In this document: positions 1-4,123 of the stretch, piece after piece | Position numbering within the stretch: the stretch's first letter is position 1 | Layout: each line of letters starts with the position of its first letter | Program-made: the position numbers and the translations under genes | Notes under the pieces: model-generated | What the model was told of the DNA's origin: nothing | The model's input: only the letters and a program-made list of their open reading frames with translations | Databases searched by the model: none | Virus record (IMG/VR): IMGVR_UViG_3300045988_015852 | Length of the DNA: 6,216 nt | DNA from: a virus | Strand: one strand, 5' to 3'

Positions 1-77
1 CCGGTTAATACGGCTGCTTATACTCGTATTAAGGAGTATTATGACTTCTACGCTGTGCCGTTACGTTTGATTTCTCG
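1..77. repeat. Terminal redundancy of a circular assembly, identical to 6140..6216
   Basis: Base-by-base comparison: ccggttaatacggctgcttatactcgtattaaggagtattatgacttctacgctgtgccgttacgtttgatttctcg occurs at both ends of the window. Confidence 0.97.
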
Positions 78-1551
78 TGCTCTTCCGCAGGCGTTTACTC
101 AAATGACGGACTATATGACTAGTGCAGCTAGTTCTACCACAAATACGTCTGCTCTTACTTCTGTTCCTAGTGTTACTCAGAGCATTTTTAGTGTGTTTCT
201 TCAGACGGCTAATGCTGGTGACCAGACTAATACCCGTGATGATGCAGGCCTCCCTATTGTCTATGGTTCTTGTAAGCTGCTTGATATGCTTGGCTATGGT
301 TCTGTGATTGATTCTAAAAATACTGGTAAGGCTGCTATTACTAAAAAATATCTAGGTGTTGATACCCTTGGTGACGCTGATAATCCTTTGGTTTATCAGA
401 CTTCGCAGACTGTCAATGCTCTTCCGTTCCTTGCTTATCAGAAGATTTATTATGATTTCTTCAGCAATAACCAATGGGAAAAGCACAAAGCTTACGCCTA
501 TAATGTAGACTATTGGTCCGGAACTGGTAATATTGGATTGGTTACTGATATGATTCAGTTGCGCTATGCGAATTATCCTAAGGACTATTTCATGGGTATG
601 CTTCCTAATTCTCAATATGGTTCGGTAGCTCTCCTTCCATCTAATTATCGTTCTGATGTCCCTTCTAATTCATTGTTAAAGCCGGATCAAAAGTTAATAG
701 TTCAGTCTCAAAGTACTGGCAATGCTGTTGTGTTAGGTGATTCTTCTACTTCTGTTGAATATATTCGTCTTAATTCTAATTTATCTGCTCTCTCAATCCG
801 TGCCACAGAATATCTCCAGCGTTGGAAAGAAGTAGTCCAGTTTAGTAGTAAGGACTATTCAGACCAAATGGCTGCTCAATTCGGTATTAAAGCCCCCGAG
901 TACATGGGCAATCATGCACATTATATTGGTGGTTGGTCCAGTGTTATCAACATTAATGAGGTAGTTAATACTAATCTTGATTCTGATTCTTCTCAGGCTT
1001 CTATTGCTGGTAAAGGTGTATCCAGTAATTCCGGATATACTATTACTTATGACTGTGGCGCTGAACATCAGGTGATTATGTGCGTATATCACGCTGTACC
1101 TATGCTGGATTGGAATCTGACCGGCCAAAATCCTCAACTGACCGTGACTGCTATCTCTGACTTCCCGCAACCTGCATTTGACCAGCTTGGTATGCAGGCT
1201 GTTCCTGCTCTTAATCTTCAGAATAACCCCGGCCGTAAGGCTTCCGGTTCTCTTGGTTATAACCTCCGTTATTGGCAATGGAAATCTAATATTGATACCG
1301 TTCACGCTGGATTCCGTGCTGGTGCTGCTTATCAGTCTTGGGCTGCTCCTCTTGATGGCTGGCAAGTTTTGACTTCCGCTGGTGTTTGGTCTTACCAGTC
1401 TATGAAAGTTCGTCCTCAACAGTTGAATTCTATATTCGTTCCTCAAGTTGATGCTTCTAACTGCTCTGTCGCATTTGACCAGTTATTGTGTAATGTTAAT
1501 TTCCAAGTATATGCCGTACAGAACTTGGATAGAAATGGTTTACCTTATTAA
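1..1551 (+). CDS. VP1: Microviridae major capsid protein (VP1 / F family), C-terminal 516 codons plus stop. The 5' part is at 5963..6216 across the circular junction, giving 575 aa in total.
   Basis: The frame is open from base 1 (PVNTAAYTRIKEYYDFYAVPLRLISR...) and is the same frame as the ATG at 5963 once the 6139-nt circle is closed (55+6139=6194, same phase as 5963). The track start at 55 is an internal GTG, not the true start. The combined N-terminus carries motifs I recall from microvirus capsid proteins (RSSFDLS..., FTAKVGEILP, FTRTVPVNTAAYTRIKEYYDFYAVPLRL). Third codon positions are T-rich. It is the longest + strand ORF apart from Rep. Confidence 0.93.
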   Translation, partial: PVNTAAYTRIKEYYDFYAVPLRLISRALPQAFTQMTDYMTSAASSTTNTSALTSVPSVTQSIFSVFLQTANAGDQTNTRDDAGLPIVYGSCKLLDMLGYGSVIDSKNTGKAAITKKYLGVDTLGDADNPLVYQTSQTVNALPFLAYQKIYYDFFSNNQWEKHKAYAYNVDYWSGTGNIGLVTDMIQLRYANYPKDYFMGMLPNSQYGSVALLPSNYRSDVPSNSLLKPDQKLIVQSQSTGNAVVLGDSSTSVEYIRLNSNLSALSIRATEYLQRWKEVVQFSSKDYSDQMAAQFGIKAPEYMGNHAHYIGGWSSVININEVVNTNLDSDSSQASIAGKGVSSNSGYTITYDCGAEHQVIMCVYHAVPMLDWNLTGQNPQLTVTAISDFPQPAFDQLGMQAVPALNLQNNPGRKASGSLGYNLRYWQWKSNIDTVHAGFRAGAAYQSWAAPLDGWQVLTSAGVWSYQSMKVRPQQLNSIFVPQVDASNCSVAFDQLLCNVNFQVYAVQNLDRNGLPY

Positions 1552-1562
1552 TTTGTATTGTT

Positions 1563-2003
1563 ATGAGAAATTTTGCTTATAAAAATCCCGATTATATTAA
1601 AAATGAGGTTGTTCCCGAGTTAATTGAGGATAATCCGTGTTATCAACAGTCTGTATATGATACAGTTATGTATGACGAATCTCTTGATGGTGACTTGATT
1701 CAATGTGATATGACGCAGATTTTGCTGAATCAGGAAAAATATCGCCGGTTACTCGGTGATATGAATGTTCAGAATATTCTTGCTCAAATGCACCCTACTC
1801 AGTCTACTTTCATGGATGGTATGACTGATGAAGAACGTTTTGATTGTGTTATCTCCCGTCATTGTCAGACTATGTCTGAACGTCAGGCTGTTTTACAGCA
1901 GTTGGCTAGTGAGAAGTCTGAACTATCGGCTTATGCCGAATCTATGTTGGCAGAGCAAAAGGCAGCGCCGTCTCCGGATTCCGCATCTGCCTCTCCTGAA
2001 TAA
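1563..2003 (+). CDS. Hypothetical acidic 146-aa protein. Its position between VP1 and VP2 is compatible with a scaffolding-like role, but this is unproven.
   Basis: The ATG lies 11 nt after the VP1 stop. The stop TAA (2001..2003) shares one base with the VP2 ATG (TAATG). Codon style matches the other genes (gct, gtt, tct, gat, tat). The protein is rich in D/E/Q with an Ala/Ser/Pro tail. I recognise no motif. Confidence 0.75.
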   Translation: MRNFAYKNPDYIKNEVVPELIEDNPCYQQSVYDTVMYDESLDGDLIQCDMTQILLNQEKYRRLLGDMNVQNILAQMHPTQSTFMDGMTDEERFDCVISRHCQTMSERQAVLQQLASEKSELSAYAESMLAEQKAAPSPDSASASPE

Positions 2004-3145
2004 TGGGACTATTTGATGCTATAGCTTCCTCGGCTGCAAACCTTACCGACAATGTTGTCGGTATGGTTAATCAGAATCATCAGAATAAGGTTAATCTCCG
2101 TATGATGCGTGAACAGAACGCATTTAACGCAGAGCAGGCTCAGATTCAACGTGATTGGCAGCAACAGATGTGGGGCATGAATAATGCCTACAATTCTCCT
2201 GACGCTATGATTTCTCGTGGTTTGAATCCGTTTGTTCAAGGTTCTGCTGCTATGGCTGGTTCTAGGTCTCCTGCTTCAGGTGGAGCTGCTGCTACTGCTG
2301 CTCCTGTTCCTAGTATGCAGGCCTATAAGCCTAATTTCTCTAGCGTGTTCCAGTCTCTTGCTTCCCTTGCTCAAGCTAAGGCTTCTGAGGCTTCTGCTGG
2401 TGAATCAGGCTCTCGTGCACGTCAGACTGATACGGTAACTCCTCTTTTGTCTGATTATTATAGAGGTCTTACTAACTGGAAGAATCTAGCTATTGGCTCT
2501 TCCGGTTATTGGAATAAGGATACGGGCCGTATATCTGCTGCTTTGGACCAGTCTACTGAGGCTCAGAATTTAAAAAACGCCCAGTTTGCTGAACGTATAT
2601 CTGCTGCTCAAGAAACACAGATTTTGCTTAATTCTGATGCTCAACGTATTATGAATAAATATATGGATCAGAATCAACAGGCTGATTTGTTTATTAAGGC
2701 TCAAACCTTAGTCAATCTTCAGTCCCAAGGTGCTCTTACTGAGAATCAGATGCAGACTGAAATTCAGCGTGCTATTCTTATTGCTGCTGAGGCTTCCGGT
2801 AAGAAAATTGACAATCGTATAGCTTCCGAGACGGCTGATTCTTTGATTAAGGCAGCTAACGCCTCTAATGAATTGCAATATCGTGATAGTACGTATGATT
2901 ATAAGAATGTTAAGCTTCGTAAACATACGGAGTATAAAACTTCTATGGCTAATCAGAAAGCTGCTGAATATGGCGCAGACTTGGCTCGCAAACAAAGCCG
3001 TACTCATTATTGGGAATCTGTTGCTCGTGGTGTTGGTAGTATTGCCTCCGGTGCTGGTAATTTTGTCGGCGCGTTTCGTCCAGGTGCTAATATCTATCGT
3101 AATGATTATGGCCCTCGTAATACTACTATTTATAATGGTCGGTAA
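2003..3145 (+). CDS. VP2: Microviridae minor capsid / DNA pilot protein (VP2; functional analogue of phiX174 H)
   Basis: The N-terminal block REQNAFNAEQAQIQRDWQQQMWGMNNAYNSPDAMISRGLNP (nt about 2108..2230) resembles the conserved VP2 motif of non-phiX microviruses (...N.EF...M.NTAYQR...D...AGLNP). It is followed by an Ala/Ser/Gly-rich low-complexity stretch and a long Q/A/N-rich, probably helical region. It sits directly after the capsid module. Confidence 0.85.
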   Translation: MGLFDAIASSAANLTDNVVGMVNQNHQNKVNLRMMREQNAFNAEQAQIQRDWQQQMWGMNNAYNSPDAMISRGLNPFVQGSAAMAGSRSPASGGAAATAAPVPSMQAYKPNFSSVFQSLASLAQAKASEASAGESGSRARQTDTVTPLLSDYYRGLTNWKNLAIGSSGYWNKDTGRISAALDQSTEAQNLKNAQFAERISAAQETQILLNSDAQRIMNKYMDQNQQADLFIKAQTLVNLQSQGALTENQMQTEIQRAILIAAEASGKKIDNRIASETADSLIKAANASNELQYRDSTYDYKNVKLRKHTEYKTSMANQKAAEYGADLARKQSRTHYWESVARGVGSIASGAGNFVGAFRPGANIYRNDYGPRNTTIYNGR

Positions 3146-3164
3146 ACATTCTTCAGGACTAGAA

Positions 3165-3211
3165 GCCCATCGCGGCGTTTGAGCGATATACACCCGCCGC
3201 CCGCGTAGGGC
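3165..3211 (+). other. GC-rich imperfect hairpin (ssDNA or RNA), function unknown
   Basis: gccc(3165-3168) pairs with gggc(3208-3211). cgcgg(3171-3175) pairs with ccgcg(3201-3205). The two stems are separated by a 2x2 at/ta internal loop. An alternative 6-bp pairing is gcggcg(3172-3177) with cgccgc(3195-3200). Confidence 0.55.
3187..3195 (+). repeat. First copy of the 9-mer TATACACCC, repeated at 3316..3324 and as TATACACTC at 3328..3336
   Basis: Exact 9-mer seen twice in the non-coding region, plus a third copy with one substitution. Confidence 0.6.
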
Positions 3212-3224
3212 CTGATCGAAATAT

Positions 3225-3270
3225 GGAGCGGAGCGACTTCCTTATAGGAGCGTTCCGCTCCGGTATTTTA
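3225..3270 (+). terminator. Candidate intrinsic terminator: 11-bp GC-rich stem followed by GGTATTTTA
   Basis: ggagcggagcg(3225-3235) pairs with cgttccgctcc(3251-3261): 10 Watson-Crick pairs plus one G-T wobble, with a 15-nt loop. It is followed by ggtatttta. It lies about 80 nt downstream of the last gene of the long + strand gene string (VP2). The T-tract is short and interrupted, so the terminator call is tentative. Confidence 0.35.
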
Positions 3271-3287
3271 GCACGTAGGTGCGCAAA

Positions 3288-3310
3288 GGCAAGACAGTTT
3301 CTGCCTTGCC
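3288..3310 (+). other. Stem-loop: 10-bp stem with one A-C mismatch and a TTTC tetraloop
   Basis: ggcaagacag(3288-3297), loop tttc, ctgccttgcc(3301-3310). Nine of ten positions are complementary. Confidence 0.6.
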
Positions 3311-3337
3311 GTGCCTATACACCCCTGTATACACTCA
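3310..3337 (+). repeat. Tandem TATACAC(C/T)C repeats that also form a 28-bp 11-6-11 imperfect palindrome (recombinase-core or iteron-like)
   Basis: cgtgccTATAC-acccct-GTATAcactca. The inner 5 bp of each arm are perfectly inverted and 7 of 11 arm positions are complementary, with a 6-nt spacer. Read as direct repeats: TATACACCC (3316-3324) and TATACACTC (3328-3336), 12 nt apart. Confidence 0.5.
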
Positions 3338-3360
3338 CTTGTCAATTAAGCGAAGCCCCT

Positions 3361-3429
3361 AGTTGTGTGCGAAAGCAAATTCGAGTTATCCTCTCGAATT
3401 CTCCATCTCTTGTCCATAAACGCACAACT
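3361..3429 (+). other. Nested structure: a long-range stem enclosing a perfect 8-bp hairpin
   Basis: Outer stem: agttg(tg)tgcg (3361-3371) pairs with cgcacaact (3421-3429), 9 bp with a 2-nt bulge. Inner hairpin: aattcgag(3378-3385), 7-nt loop ttatcct, ctcgaatt(3393-3400). A competing local gc-GAAA-gc tetraloop lies at 3369-3376. Confidence 0.55.
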
Positions 3430-3467
3430 CACACTCTATGGTAGAATCTAAAAAAAAACGGTTTTCT

Positions 3468-3498
3468 TTTGGTTTAATAAAAATAGTTTGTATATTTG
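3468..3498 (+). promoter_or_regulatory. Bacteroides-type promoter: -33 TTTG (3468-3471) and -7 TAtaTTTG (3491-3498)
   Basis: Exact match to the Bacteroides consensus TAnnTTTG, with a TTTG 19 nt upstream. It sits at the 3' end of the only large non-coding region, about 50 nt before the ATG at 3549. The leader is AT-rich with no Shine-Dalgarno sequence. The predicted transcription start is near 3503-3506. Confidence 0.5.
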
Positions 3499-3548
3499 CC
3501 CCCAGTTAGAAGTTACAACTATTATTAACATCTTAAAATCTTACAATT

Positions 3549-3743
3549 ATGCAGAAATTTATTATTTCAGTCAAAGAAAAAACTACTGGCCGTGATGTTA
3601 TTTCGCCTTATATCGTTAATTCTCTCGATGGTCTTGGAAATTATTCTGAGCGAGTTTCTTCGCTGGGTCTTATTGTTATTGTGGATTCAATTAAAGAAGA
3701 AAATAATTTTGTTGAACTTAAAACTCAAAGCGATGAAAAGTAA
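3549..3743 (+). CDS. Hypothetical 64-aa protein, orphan accessory ORF
   Basis: First ORF after the candidate promoter. Third codon positions are strongly T-biased, as in the core genes, and this supports it over the overlapping 3592 frame. It ends in a double stop (taa taa). There is no TM segment and no motif I recognise. Confidence 0.6.
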   Translation: MQKFIISVKEKTTGRDVISPYIVNSLDGLGNYSERVSSLGLIVIVDSIKEENNFVELKTQSDEK

Positions 3744-3816
3744 TAATATTTGGAAAATTATTATCGGTGCTGTTTCTGCCGCATTAGGCTATATTCTTAA
3801 TGCTATCGGACTATGA
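3733..3816 (+). CDS. Candidate 27-aa single-pass membrane micro-protein (MKSNNIWKIIIGAVSAALGYILNAIGL), a possible holin-like partner of the downstream peptidase
   Basis: The ATG at 3733 overlaps the end of the 64-aa ORF by 11 nt. Its TGA overlaps the ATG of the M15 gene (ATGA at 3813-3816). It exactly fills what would otherwise be a 69-nt gap in a genome whose other intergenic gaps are -1 to 18 nt. Codons are genome-typical (ggt gct gtt tct gcc). It has a short polar N-terminus followed by about 22 hydrophobic residues. It is very short, so it remains unproven. Confidence 0.4.
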   Translation: MKSNNIWKIIIGAVSAALGYILNAIGL

Positions 3817-4121
3817 ATTATACTCTTATGCATTTCCTTGAGTATCTGCTCTACTCTAATGTTCATTTTTCGGTGACTAGTGCTAGACGTACTCCTGAAC
3901 AGAATAAAGCTGCTGGAGGTGTTCCGAATTCCCAACATCTTGTAGGCGAGGCTGTTGATATCAAACCTTATGGTTCTACTACGTTTAATAATTTGCTCGA
4001 AGCGATTCATTTTTTCTCTGATAATGTTTCGCCATTTGACCAGCTTATTATATATCCGACATTTATTCATGTTTCATTCTGCTCTCGTAATCGTCGGCAG
4101 GTGATAGACAAACGTAAATAA
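3813..4121 (+). CDS. Peptidase M15 family (M15_3 / VanY-like) zinc peptidoglycan peptidase, a putative endolysin of 102 aa
   Basis: VTSARRTPEQNKAAGGVPNSQHLVGEAVDI contains the family signature SxHxxGxAxD (SQHLVGEAVD). The putative Zn ligands are H42 (nt 3936-3938), D49 (3957-3959) and H86 in FIHVS (4068-4070). The preceding S-x-R-R-T-P-x-x-N-x-x-x-G-G block matches the S-G-Y-R-x-P-x-x-N-x-x-x-G-G pattern of this family as I recall it. No signal peptide or TM segment is present. Confidence 0.85.
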   Translation: MNYTLMHFLEYLLYSNVHFSVTSARRTPEQNKAAGGVPNSQHLVGEAVDIKPYGSTTFNNLLEAIHFFSDNVSPFDQLIIYPTFIHVSFCSRNRRQVIDKRK

Positions 4122-4123
4122 TT

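Noticed and set aside
122-307. Short +1-frame ORFs inside VP1, VP2 and VP4 (122-307, 1178-1372, 1828-2016, 2232-2438, 2868-3182, 4413-4673, 5295-5552, 5556-5891)
   Set aside because: T-rich third positions in the main frame suppress +1-frame stop codons. The products are Leu/Val/Ser-rich off-frame artefacts. Nothing independent supports them.
859-1446. Minus-strand ORFs (859-1446, 195 aa; also 352-615, 2009-2239, 2708-3193, 3789-4070, 4142-4369, 4397-4642, 5642-5833)
   Set aside because: All are antisense to confident + strand genes. Their translations are low-complexity (R/I/S/N/T-rich) without motifs. Microviruses transcribe one strand only, so these are shadows of the strongly biased codon usage.
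55-1551. Track ORF starting with 'M' at 55 (a GTG codon) as the capsid gene start
   Set aside because: The frame is open back to base 1 and joins in phase with the ATG at 5963 across the 77-nt circular overlap. Position 55 is an internal valine codon.
3212-3221. CTGATCGAAA resembling hammerhead ribozyme core elements (CUGAnGA ... GAAA)
   Set aside because: There is no stem II between the two boxes, no properly placed cleavage-site helix, and one core mismatch. It does not form a hammerhead architecture. I also found no convincing twister, HDV or tRNA-like (T-loop GTTCRAnnC) pattern on either strand.
3278-3285. GGTGCGCA, identical to the first 8 nt of the XerC arm of E. coli dif
   Set aside because: The following bases (AAGGCAAGACAG...) do not match the dif spacer or XerD arm, and the likely host is not a proteobacterium. 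An 8-mer match in a GC-rich stretch is plausibly chance.
3378-3400. 8-bp stem with 7-nt loop followed by ...CTCCA, considered as a tRNA T-arm/acceptor fragment (tRNA-derived attP)
   Set aside because: The loop TTATCCT lacks the TTCRAnY T-loop consensus, the stem is 8 rather than 5 bp, and no acceptor/CCA geometry follows.
3223-3444. 73-aa basic, Cys-containing ORF (MERSDFLIGAFRSG...) as a possible J/VP5-like DNA-binding protein
   Set aside because: Its codon third positions are mixed, unlike the strong T-ending bias of every confident gene. It coincides exactly with the GC-rich hairpin-dense region, and palindromes force pseudo-repeats in the peptide. No motif is recognisable. Net charge of about +9 is the only supportive feature, so it remains a caveat under the structured-island finding.
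3451-3470. A9-CGG-T4CT4 (aaaaaaaaacggttttctttt) as a hairpin terminator
   Set aside because: It forms only weak A-T pairing with a minimal loop. It is more likely an AT-rich UP-like or spacer sequence preceding the promoter.
3592-3732. Upstream extension of the micro-ORF to a 74-aa two-TM 'holin-like' protein starting at ATG 3592
   Set aside because: This part is the +1 frame of the 64-aa ORF, whose own frame shows the genome-typical third-position T bias. Off-frame reading of T-rich codons automatically yields L/I/F-rich pseudo-hydrophobic peptides. Only the non-overlapping tail (3733..3816) is kept as a candidate.
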